A DNA stretch of 64,000 bases from Lytechinus pictus (taxonomy: Eukaryota). Position 1 is the stretch's first letter. The number at the start of each line of letters is the position of its first letter. The position numbers and the translations under genes were made by a program. The notes below the pieces were generated by a model. The model was given only the letters and a program-made list of their open reading frames with translations, searched no databases and was not told the DNA's origin. Shown in pieces: positions 53,171 through 64,000 of this stretch. The DNA is taken from contig NC_087251.1 of assembly GCF_037042905.1 (NCBI RefSeq), forward strand, positions 8,620,001-8,684,000. The letters are read 5' to 3'.

Positions 53171-54365
53171 GAGCCTCGCCTCTGCATCTATTAGCCCGAT
53201 ATTTCAGACCACTCTTCAGTCGAATGTGATACACACTTAAGAGCTGCGTGCACTGTAACATCCCGAGTCAACGAGAAGGATTACGATCACCGCTATACGT
53301 GATCGATACAACCATGGCGAAACCGACTTTGCTCGATGTCATCTTATTAAGATGTTAAAGTAGTAACCCATTTCAGAAAAAGGAAGTTAAGGAGAAGAGA
53401 AAGCAGAAGAGTGGAGAACACAGCTCTCTAGTTGAATCCTACATAATCATTAGTTATAGGAGAGAAAAAAGGCTACTTACAGACGAGAGAGAGCTGATGA
53501 AAGTATCACTCTAAAAAAAACCTCTTCATTTTTTAATAGAATCTATTCAGATTTGAATAGAAAACCTCTTCCGAGGGACACTTACAAGGTTCTCTTCAAA
53601 ATGAAGAGGAAAATCTATTCAAATAAATGAATATGTATTCTATTCAAAGTTAAATAGTTTTCCTATTCAAGAATGAATAGAATCCTATTAAAAATGAATA
53701 GAATCAGTTTCATCCTCTTGTTAAATTGGAATATACCCTATTCAAAGTTAAATAGTATTCCTATTCAAGAATGAGTAGTCTTTCTATTCAAGAATGAATA
53801 GAATCCTGTTCAAAATGAATAGAATCATTGTCATACACACATAAAGAAAACAGGAGAATCATCAGTGTTAGCTTTCACATATAACACATTTTATTGCAAC
53901 ACCAAATTCAGGAATTGGTAACATTAACAATATAAAAAACATAACAAATTATAGAAAGGTATATTACATAAGTAAAAACAAAAGAAAGTCACATATTCAC
54001 TATCAAGACATGATCTATGAACATTATGTTTATTATGTAGTGTAAGACAATAATTCCTGCACAGTAGTCATGGGATGATAAGTTGAAGTTATCCAATTTT
54101 AAAAAGTTTTTTTCTGTAAATGATAAAACTTCAAGCATCCCCCCCCTCAGGTTCATTTCTATATTCCAATAGACATCCTGATAGCATACATGTAAGAACA
54201 TGCAGCTCAGATTTTTAAAATTGAACACCATGTTGACCAATGCCTTTAAGCCATTGTAAAGCTTTCTCATAGTAAGAATTGTTTCCACAAAAATAGGGTT
54301 TGCAATTCTCGAGCTACATCTGGTATACAAAGCATTCACAGCTCTAGGTTAACATCTCCTTTTAA

Positions 54366-54960
54366 AGGGCAAGTCGACCCCAACAAAAAGTTCATTTGAA
54401 TCAAAAGAAAAAAAATTAAACAAGCATAACGCTGAAAATTTCATCAAAATCAGATTTGAAATAAGAAAGTTATGAAATTTTAAAGTTTGCTTAATTTCAC
54501 AAAACAGTTATATGCACATCCTGGTCAGCATGGACCGATGACGTCACCCACTCACTATTTCTTTTGTATTTTATTATATGAAATATAGAATATTTTCAAA
54601 TTTTGTAGTTTTGTCAATAAGGGAGCTCTTTGTTTAATTGCAGTATGTTGCAGAAGTGGATTCCCCACATGTAGGAAGGAGTCAAGCCCTTTTAAAACTT
54701 GTAATATAGAAACAAATTACGATATTTCATATTTCATATAATAAAAATACAAAAGAAATAGCGAGTGGATGACCACATCAGTTCCCTCATTTGCATACTG
54801 ACCAGGATGTGCATATAACTGTTTTGTGAAATTATGCGAAACTTTAAAATGTCATAACTATCTTATTTTAAATCCAATGTTGATGAAATTTTCAGCGTTA
54901 TGCTGGTTTGATATTTCTCTTTTTATTCAAATCATCTTTTTGTTGTGGTGGACTTGCCCT
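54366..54960. mobile_element. Kolobok-type (TTAA) palindromic MITE, copy 2
   Basis: TTAA|AGGGCAAGTCGACC ... GGTGGACTTGCCCT|TTAA. Confidence 0.8.
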
Positions 54961-56536
54961 TTAAGGACAAAGGAATAGGTTGTATAAAGTTACATGCTTG
55001 AGATTAGCTAAAACCAGATTTTGCATTTTTTAAATGTTAAAATGATAAATTTTAATGTTAAAATTTTAACATTTTTTAAATGTTAAAATGTTAAAAGTTT
55101 GAGATATTTTTTCTGAGGCGGCGACAAAATCGAACGGTTTCTCTGGTTTGAGTCCTGATTTACTGGCATTCCCTGCATTTTTAAAAGTGTCTTTAAATTT
55201 AGAATTTATGGTTTCTCTTTGGTGTGAGCAATACAAACTTTCAATTGCCATCCTGAGAAATTTGTAATCTACTTCTCATGAAGAACCCATCCAGGGTTGT
55301 TTGATTTAAATCATGTCGATTTAAATCATGATTTAAATCATGTGAGTTTTTCAAAAAAAATCACTGATTTGGCCTGAATATGAATATCAATGTCATTTTT
55401 AGGTTTTCAGATAATTTGCTTTAAGATGCATATCTCATTTTTCTAAAAAAAAAGAGGTGATATTTTGAGACAGCGCATAAAACATGCTAAATTTTTGTTT
55501 TGGTTGCCCTACCTCCTTAAAAATACAACTTGAATGACTTACCCACTTGACTTCACAAGTAGGGGTTTGGGTGCAAGAACATTATTGCACAAGAAAATTG
55601 TTGACATTTGTGATTGATTTTCACCCTTAATTCACTGAACTTGACCAATCTGAAAAAAAAAAATCTGTATCTATACATCTGTACAACAATTTCAAGCAAT
55701 ATTGTGAGATTTTTAGAAAACAAAAATTTCTTTTGAACTTGCCAGTTATGAGAATGGTCCAATACTCGCTTCTTTAATACTTCCAGCCCAATTTTCAAAT
55801 GAAAACAAGTTTTGTCTACTTATGCTGGTAAACAAAACTTGTTACTTTTGGTTGCATTCTTTCTTTAAATGTTGGCATTTGCACAATGTGCTTGCCTCCA
55901 CATTTCTCTCTGTTATTTCATGTTATTTACCTATTTATGATAAATACTTCTAAAGCTACAAAAACCCTAACACATATATACAACCCAGTAGGCTACGCAC
56001 TTTAACCTCTTTACCTTGTTTCTATATATAGGCTGTTATTGCTGGCACTGAGGTACCGCTGTCTTTTCCCTGCCCAGTAAAAAATCCCAAACATGTTGGC
56101 ACTGACAAGCATCAGTTTTTAAAAGATAAATCACATAAATGTGCTGCGAAAAGATATGCCTTCCTACACTTTTTATAATCTTATATCCGAGTAGATATTC
56201 ATACGTAGTGATATTTAACATAATACGAAGTTTGAACTTCAACACTAGTTAATAAGTTTTACGCTAATCTTCTGCAGACAGAGGTGCTGTGATACCTGTC
56301 TACAACTGGTATGACATCATACAAAAAACAATATGTACATCTTTTCAATTTTCTTTTACCCAAGGGGCCAGGTGGAGCAACATTGTAATGTTTTCATGAT
56401 GTAATCTTTTATGATGTTATACCAGATGAGGTTGCCGTTTTTAGACAGGTATCACTGCGCTAATATGTTGGACTAGTGAAAATGTTCCAGGTGAGCGTAG
56501 TACTTATGTAGTACTTGTTGAAGTTTAAACTTTCAT

Positions 56537-56727
56537 CAGGCTTTTTCATTTGAGGCGTACAAGTTCGATAGCACACCTAAAATAGTCTTGAGGTGTGCGA
56601 TTTTCAGCACACCTAAATTTGGTAAAATTATACACAGTTAGATACAAAATGCACACCTACAGCATACCTGAATATATTGAGAAGTAGTGTTTGTAGCACA
56701 ACATTCATTTCTCAAAAGAAAAAGCCT
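56537..56727. mobile_element. hAT-type MITE
   Basis: TIR AGGCTTTTTCATTTGAG / CTCAAAAGAAAAAGCCT; ACTTTCAT 8-bp duplication on both sides. Confidence 0.7.
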
Positions 56728-57104
56728 ACTTTCATATCATTCTTCTACTTTGTTTTCTACAAGACGCGTTACTGCTGGCATTGAGGTACCTCTGCCTTTC
56801 CCCTGCCACAGTGTGTATACATTCGTTTGCAATTAAGAAATCCCAAACATTATGGCACTGAAATTGAAATTAGACAAATCAATGCACTCCTACTTTGATG
56901 TTGGTTGTAATTGCTGTCTGGTTAAGAAAGTATCAACAAATCACTAACTGTGAGTGCATGGATTTGTCTTCACAAATGATGCAAGTTATTTACCTATCAA
57001 AGATTACCACTTCTTAAAGCTACAAAAATCAGAACACTATAGGTACATCCATTAGGCTTAAATACACCAATTCACCTAAATGTGTTGTACAAACATATGC
57101 CTCC

Positions 57105-57431
57105 CTAAACTTCTTTTACCTTGTTTTCTAGATAGGTTTTGAGAAGTGTTACTGCTGGAACTGAGGTACCTCTACCTTTCACCTGCCCAAGTTTGTAAAC
57201 ATTCTTCTGCAGAAAGTCCCAAACATGTTGACATTGCCAAGCATAATCCATATCAAGGATATACACTAGTTTCATGCATATATCAATTCCTTTCAGGAGA
57301 CTTGTACATGGGATGGTGCTATTTTCCACAACAACAAACACTTGTTCTGGTTTGTCAATTTCACCTTGAATTAACACAAACGGTTGTGTTTGAGTCTTCT
57401 GGTCCAAGAAGCCTGGTATGTTTGTACCAAT
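57105..57431 (-). CDS. SAMD3-like (EnSpm-associated) uncharacterised protein, terminal exon
   Basis: TGCAG acceptor, phase 0; IGTNIPGFL...QPFVLIQG...VFVVVE...SLLKGIDICMKLVYILDMDYAWQCQHVWDFLQKNVY...KEV then stop; matches the family C-terminal pattern QP...V.Y...W.FLQ..VY. Confidence 0.82.
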   Translation of the reverse strand: MGTNIPGFLDQKTQTQPFVLIQGEIDKPEQVFVVVENSTIPCTSLLKGIDICMKLVYILDMDYAWQCQHVWDFLQKNVYKLGQVKGRGTSVPAVTLLKTYLENKVKEV

Positions 57432-57778
57432 CTGCATATGAAATACAAATAAAATTGGTGACAAGTGAGATAGCAGAACCATCCACAAATGAAGGAGGGA
57501 ATATTTAGTGCATCATTTCAATCTTAGTAAAACAGGCAAATGTAGTGAGGGTTGTGAAGCGGAGGGCTATACTGAATGCCAGACTAAGTTCTGATAAATG
57601 CAGGGAAATACAGCCAGCAGCTATACATGCCAATATTCGTTGAACTCAATTCTCACTGAAACATATTTTCCTCCAGAACAGTTTTCAAAGAAATTTTTTT
57701 TTAAATTAATTTCTCAGGTTTTTTAGTAATCACTACGGAACAGTACTATCATTTGTAATGTACGTCCATCCATTATGA

Positions 57779-58019
57779 CAGGCGCGGATACGGGGGGGGG
57801 GGGGGGGGGCGAGCGGGGGAAAAAAGGGAGTGATAACCTTTTTTTTTTTCTTGTAAGATTTCAAAAAGGAGTAATAAAGACTTTTTTTTTTGCTTGTCAG
57901 ATTTCAAAAAGGAGTGATAAGCTTTTTCTTTCTTTTTTTTTTGCTTGTCAGGTTTCAAATTATTGTCAGAAAATTTTCCCAGTTTGAACCCCCCCCCAGA
58001 AATCCTGGATCCGCGCCTG
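57779..58019. mobile_element. hAT-type MITE (intronic)
   Basis: TIR CAGGCGCGGAT / ATCCGCGCCTG; TSD CATTATGA / CGTTATGA. Confidence 0.8.
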
Positions 58020-58946
58020 CGTTATGAGACGATATATGACAGGCAAAACAATTAATTCTATCTTTTATTCTCATTCTCAGTCACAAATTTGAGTAATTTT
58101 CAAACCAAAGATGATGTCAACACCCCCCCCAAAAAAAACAACATTTTTATTGAAAAATGTACACCCCCATTCAAACATACAATATTCCAAACCAAGTAGA
58201 GCAGTTCGCGTTTAGTTATAATGTGTAGCTTCACTGTGTTGACCGCTAAATGCACTGTCATATATTGTCTCATAATGGATAGCTTCATATTCCTATTAGG
58301 ATTACAAACGCACTCATTTACTAGGAATAATAATTAAGGCTGATTTACAGAGCAAAACCTTTTCAAACATTGACAGGTTGACACCAGCCTTAAAACTGAT
58401 TATTTTTTCTGTGAAGATTCAAAATAAACACGTCTGTTTGCAGATTTTTCTGACGGATCCACGTTTTCAAATGTCAAATTTTGGGGGTTAAAAAAGACGA
58501 AAATTCACCCACACACACACACTATGCGTCTCAGACGTGTAAATACCCTTGCTGCCACAATTGCTTAGTTTTTGTGTCATATAGCTGATTTAACTGACTC
58601 AAACTTATAGAGCACTATAGCGGGCTTGTCAAATTATTTAAATTTTACTATAAAAAATTCCATCCAGAAAGGAGTTTACTGCAGTTTCTTTCACAAAATG
58701 TCATATTTTTGTCTAGGCTTTCATGGAGTCATAGGAGTGCCCCAGATATACTGTAGGAGAGCAATTTCTACTTTTTGCCCAGGTGCTACAACCCTTTGCA
58801 ATGAGCCACTGTGTGTTTTATGTAATATCACTAAAATAATCTCAGTCCTGTCCTTTTAATAGCAGGCTCTGGGTATTTGTTTAATTTCTGCTTGATCTGT
58901 CTGAAACAGTGTGTGCCAAATAGTAAAAATAAAATTTGTTCCTCAC

Positions 58947-59080
58947 CTCTTTGCGCTGCACGAATGCCTTGCGGGCTTCATCCATCGTTGAAGAACCACT
59001 TCTCCCTTTTGCCCCTTTCTTCTTTCCCGGTGGAAACAGCATAGGCAACACCTGCAGAGATAAGTTTACCTCCTGTTCAT
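58947..59080 (-). CDS. SAMD3-like protein, internal exon
   Basis: TTTCAG acceptor, GAG|GTGAGG donor, phase 1/0; (D)EQEVNLSLQVLPMLFPPGKKKGAKGRSGSSTMDEARKAFVQRKE. Confidence 0.82.
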
Positions 59081-60567
59081 CTGAAACATAGGAGACAAGA
59101 TACAACTACATTTGTAAGTTTCTAAATTATAGTTCTTCCAAATGTTTATTTTCTCTCAAACTCACATCAAAGTCACATCTGTACAAGAACAATTTATGCC
59201 GCAGCATAGCAAGAGTAAATTGCTCATCAACCAGTTATGGGAGCGTGTTGTGAATCAAACAAGTGCATATGAAAGCGCGTACAGACGCCGCAAACGTGAC
59301 ATGATAGCAACGGCAAAAACACCTGCAGAGAAGTAAACTCCAGGACAGACTAAGATTAATTTGTGCTCATTTTATCACATCTAACCTGAGATTAAAGTTA
59401 AGTACAGATGTGCAGCCCGAACACCCAAAATTTCCAACAACCACCCTTTGATGAGTAAACCTAAGAAGATGCAAATTTGCAACCCATGTGTTAACCATTT
59501 ACTTTTGTTGCTTTTGGAAGGGGCCTTTTTAAAACTAATCAGTGTTTTTTAATACCAAGTAAATTGGAATGCAAATAAGTACTTTTTGACAATATATCGG
59601 TAAACCAAAGAAAAATTCCTCAAAAATTAATATGTACACCAATTTTTAAAAAAGGGGCCATAGGTAAACAAGAGAGGCCAAAAAGGACCCTATTCGGGCC
59701 ACACATCCCCGTACCCACCCTTTTACTAAGACCCCCTTCCCAGCATCAAACACGGGCTTTGTCCTCCATTCATATCACACAATTTCAAATTGGAGATAAA
59801 GAGGTGGTTATCAAATACGACTCAACACCAGTGAATGAGACTATAATATCATTGGTTATATTATAGTCTTAGGTGGGTGAGAATGATGTTGGCAGAGGTC
59901 AAATTAGAGTTATCTTGAAATAGCAAATTTTTTACAAAAATTTTCATCCTTCAATACTAAAATCACTGTACATGTCAGTAGCATAAATTTAAGATCCCAA
60001 TATTGGCGTAGAGATGATAAAAATCGATCTGCATGTCAAATTTTGATGAAAATGACTTTAAAAAAGATTTTGTTGTTGCTAATTAATTCAGATTTTGTTC
60101 TGACAAACTTTTGCATTTCAATTTGCAAATATTATGTCCTACATGTACAATGAACTTACTGAACCTTGCAACTTACATGAACATGATCTGTAATCTTGTA
60201 TTGAAAGCAATTAATGTATTTATGCTCTCCTGAACATTTCACTTTTTTGTTGAGATATAAGGCTTTTATCATCTCAGCAATGATATGATGAAGGAAGCAA
60301 GTTTTCGTACGACAAAGTAAATGAATTAATAATAATATTCATATTTAAAAGAAACAAATACTTTTCCAGACATATTTGTAGTTTATTACTATTACTGCAA
60401 ATTGTAAAAAATGTTGATATAGTTCACATCGCTCTAATTAATTAACATTAACATTAATCCCACTTACTGAAATGGGACAATCATAGTCTGAATTATCAGG
60501 TTTTCACCAAGCTATTATAATACATACATGTAGAATGGATTTCAAATTGCATATTCACTACTGTAGG

Positions 60568-60711
60568 CAGGGCCTTAGTTAGAATTTTGGAGTTGCCCCT
60601 CATTTTTGAAAGAGTGCCTGTCCAAAATGGGCTGAATTTGTATAAAATGTTCATTACTTGCCCGTCAAAAAGGGAAGTTACCTGTCAAAGTGACGGGCAT
60701 GGCATGGCCTG
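60568..60711. mobile_element. hAT-type MITE (intronic)
   Basis: Perfect 8-bp TSD ACTGTAGG; ends CAGGGCC / GGCCTG. Confidence 0.7.
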
Positions 60712-60762
60712 ACTGTAGGTTTGAAAGAAGAGTGAAGCTGTTAGACATAAGCACCATTTTAC

Positions 60763-60910
60763 CTGTTTCAACAGCACCTTTGAAGTTAAGGTATAGCCTC
60801 CAATCCACCTGCTTTTCAGCATAGTTCAGGACATGTCTGCAAAATTTCGGCCATGTGAGGAATAACTTATCTGCTGATTGTGGGAAAAGAATTCGGAAAT
60901 CCTGGTCAAC
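60763..60910 (-). CDS. SAMD3-like protein, internal exon
   Basis: TACAG acceptor, G|GTAAAA donor, phase 0/1; VDQDFRILFPQSADKLFLTWPKFCRHVLNYAEKQVDWRLYLNFKGAVET. Confidence 0.82.
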
Positions 60911-61386
60911 CTGTATAAAGACAAAGTTAAAATCGAATAGTTTTATGTTTTGTCATTAGTATAAAGAAAACCTGTTTTGTACATTCTATTTGCTCTATTA
61001 AAGTGGAAACTACAAGAATTACATATACATAAAATTGAATAATTTACTAAGCTGACTGGTCAAAAAATGGCTCTGCAAAAAATTTGAACGCAGGGAGCTA
61101 AAAAGTGTATAAGTTGTGAACTGTGAGAGCTGTGATATTTTGCCACCCTATGTAGACACCCCTATTTTTTTCACATCACATTACAGAACTGTGCCATCGT
61201 CTTAGAAATGCAAGCTGGCCTGAAGGAAAAACCTGAAAATGTGAATGAATCTGGGCTTTTAAAAGCCTTCAAAACGGGCTGAAATTAGATAAAAGTGCAA
61301 GATCAAGCTGGAAATCATAAATTAAAAAAGCAGGAATTACTGCAAAAGCAGGAAGACTTTACTAGTCAGTACCATTGAAAACTTAC

Positions 61387-61571
61387 CATTCCTTCTGTGT
61401 CAATTAAACGTGGAAACAACAGTAAAAGCTCTTGCACAGGTTTGTCCTTATTGTCTCTAATGTAGCCTGCCCTCGCCTTACAGGTATCCCTCATCCATGA
61501 TCGAACTTGTTGCCTTGGCTCTTTGTGGTCCTGAAGCCACTTTATTTTTGCATCTACTTCCTCATCTCTAT
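61387..61571 (-). CDS. SAMD3-like protein, internal exon
   Basis: TTTAG acceptor, ATG|GTAAGT donor, phase 1/0; (D)RDEEVDAKIKWLQDHKEPRQQVRSWMRDTCKARAGYIRDNKDKPVQELLLLFPRLIDTEGM. Confidence 0.82.
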
Positions 61572-62455
61572 CTAAATATGCAAATAAATTCAGGGAGTTA
61601 ATGCATTATGCCTTTTTAGTTTATTTATAAGTCATGACAGTCACAAGCAAATGTTCCATTTCACCTGATGACAGTAAAAAATTAACACAAGAAATAAAAC
61701 ATGTGGGCAGGCTGTGACAATTGGTTGCCTGATTGCCCTGGGCAATCATTTTTTGGTTTGGGCAACAATGATTAATATCAAATCGTAAGTTAGCTTGCAT
61801 CAATGTTATCACTTAAGTTACACACATCCAAAAATTATACATGTCTTAAATAGTTACAAACCATAAACATATTCTGACTTTGGCTTTGCACAGACCGTTT
61901 TGTTATGCGGCTTGTTAGCAAGGTCAAGCAGTTTTAAGGCCAAGCTTGCCTGACCAGGCAATCAAGTGAAGAAAAAATCGTCGCAGCCTGCATGATGCAC
62001 GCTCAACCCCCAGGCTCATACACTGTAATGTGCATGGTGCTGAATAGATGAAGCATGTGAAGCCTTAAAGCACTAGGAGTTTATTTGTTAAGATGTCAAG
62101 AATTAACCACTTCCCTGAATATTTCTTGACTGATTTCACTATTTTGTACAAACAAAAAGGGTACAGAAAAAAAGGAAGGAACTTGTGGCGCAGATCTCCA
62201 AAATATCATTCAGATCGATACGAAAAATTGCCTCATTTTCGTTACAGCGCAACTAATTTGTATATTCAGATGTCGCTTGAATGTGTCAGCATGATTGCTT
62301 AAACCCACTTTTTAAAAGACACTATACACATGCATGGGTATTATTTGAGACTAATTCTGTGTATGCTTCCCTGGCAGACACAAATACCCCTATTAGATCT
62401 CCATGACCAATTAACTAAGGTTATGTAATGTTCAGTTGTTATATTTCTTCCTTAC

Positions 62456-62624
62456 CTGACGACAGATCCAGGTCTTCTGTATTAGGCAAGTTTGCTTGCA
62501 CTTTCTTGTTGCTTTCTTTTGGCGTTCTGGCAGGATCACGATATCTGACGTTCCTTAGCCGCATTTCAATGTAACCTGATGAATCTTTTGTTTTGTTTTG
62601 GCTTGCTGGAGTGAACCAGGTCAA
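62456..62624 (-). CDS. SAMD3-like protein, internal exon
   Basis: Pyrimidine tract + AAG acceptor, G|GTAAGG donor, phase 0/1; LTWFTPASQNKTKDSSGYIEMRLRNVRYRDPARTPKESNKKVQANLPNTEDLDLSS. Confidence 0.8.
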
Positions 62625-63048
62625 CTTTAAAGTAAAAGAGTAAAAAAAGTAAAACAAAACTATTGAATTTTAGAAGTAGAGATCACTGTTCATAAGAATT
62701 TGTATTACCCTTTGGGGTAACTGTACGGTCAATCAGATTTACCTTAATAAAGGCTTGCCCAATCTGAGACAATAACCTTTCAATGATTTAAGCATTTAGA
62801 CTTTCAGTTGTATCAAGTTTCATCCACTTTTGTCTGGTTGAGTAAATAATAACCTGCTGCAGATAACGTGTTCAGGGGGTCATTTAGCATTAGCTGATAT
62901 TAAGTATAAACAATGGTTATCTTGGTCATCATGAGCCTAAAGTCAATGATGAACATGGCTTGTAAATGGGTGATCCTATCTTTAACAAGTAACAATGTTA
63001 CACACAATTTATCTAGCCATGAACTAACATAATGAACTCAAAACTTAC

Positions 63049-63133
63049 GTAAGCATCATGATCATCATTGTCCAACGCAGGAAACTGGGTAACAATGCAT
63101 TTTGCCATTGCCAATTTTTGCTCTGTTTTAGGC
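63049..63133 (-). CDS. SAMD3-like protein, internal exon (gene begins beyond window end)
   Basis: TTTTTCTAAAG acceptor, TAC|GTAAGT donor, phase 2/0; PKTEQKLAMAKCIVTQFPALDNDDHDAY; a compatible upstream donor TG|GTAAGC sits at ~63993-64000. Confidence 0.8.
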
Positions 63134-64000
63134 CTTTAGAAAAATGAAAATTGAATGTTTAAGAATATTGTTTTAAAAGGCTATATATATTAGAGATTAA
63201 ATGCAATTCTTTGCAGGGAATAAATTACCTAGTATCGCATCGCAATTTGCTTTGCTTTTTTGCAGGGCTGCTACACAAAATTTACTTTGTGTCACAATTT
63301 TTTTTCCATGGGATTGTACATAATTTGTTTTAAATATTTTCCCATCTCCAAAAATTTCTAATCAAATCTGGGAAGCAAAATTATTCCCTGCTTTGAATTG
63401 TAGTCTGATGAACTTCTGCTTCATCGGTGATCTGCTTTGAGAATATCCTTTATATAGCAAAATTTTGATCCACCCATTTTCTGATTTTAGTAATTCCAAA
63501 CTCCCATCCTTTAATAAAGCAGACAAACAGTGCAAGGTGTATGTATCACACCAAACTATTTCCAAGCACCTGCATAATACACATGTAATGTCAGCTCATT
63601 GCATGTATTTGTTATGTAAATGTGATAAACAATTCAAAAGCTGTGTTTAAATATCAACACACAAGTTTCAATTATGCCATGAAAATGTAAAAAAATATAA
63701 ATTTATGTGAAATTTGTTAGATAAGATTACATGTATACAATTTTTATACCAAGTGTCTGGTTATTTCTGGTATGCAATGCACCAGTTAAGTTGATAATTA
63801 ACTTTTGTGTCATCTACAAGAGAAAGGGATTGCTTTTGAAATGGTATGTATGTGTCTGTGGTCAAACTTTTAATCCTTGACATCTATTTGATCACTGGAG
63901 TCAATTGGTAAGGCAAATAAGCAAATAAACTACCACATAGTATAGCACATCTAAATACGCTAGCATTTCCTTTTTCTGCTCATAGGATTTTAGCTTACCA

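Larger units (their letters stand above)
53507..64000 (-). mobile_element. EnSpm/CACTA (CMC)-type DNA transposon, one end (continues beyond window)
   Basis: Terminus CACTCTAAAAAAAA at 53507; ~300 bp of CTATTCAA/TGAATAG subterminal repeats in both orientations; internal spliced gene with a candidate poly(A) signal (~53890, minus strand) just inside the end. Confidence 0.6.

Overview
AT-rich, repeat-dense eukaryotic (invertebrate animal) genomic DNA; the repeat families look sea-urchin-like, which is an inference. Left: the last five coding exons of a DEX1 (DEFECTIVE IN EXINE FORMATION 1)-like FG-GAP membrane protein gene (+), followed by a ~3.2 kb array of a 70-bp satellite. Middle: mostly non-coding, with many MITEs, a decayed L2/CR1-type LINE split by a MITE, and LINE 3' fragments. 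It also holds a candidate two-exon micro-gene (-) encoding a 50-aa secreted peptide precursor that the ORF track misses, a candidate vault-RNA-like Pol III unit, and a GC-rich long-hairpin island. Right: one terminus (CACTCTAAAAAA plus subterminal repeats) of a large EnSpm/CACTA (CMC)-type element that runs past the window end and carries an intact, spliced SAMD3-like accessory gene (-). No prokaryotic features or CRISPR arrays. All homology calls come from recalled motifs; no searches were run.
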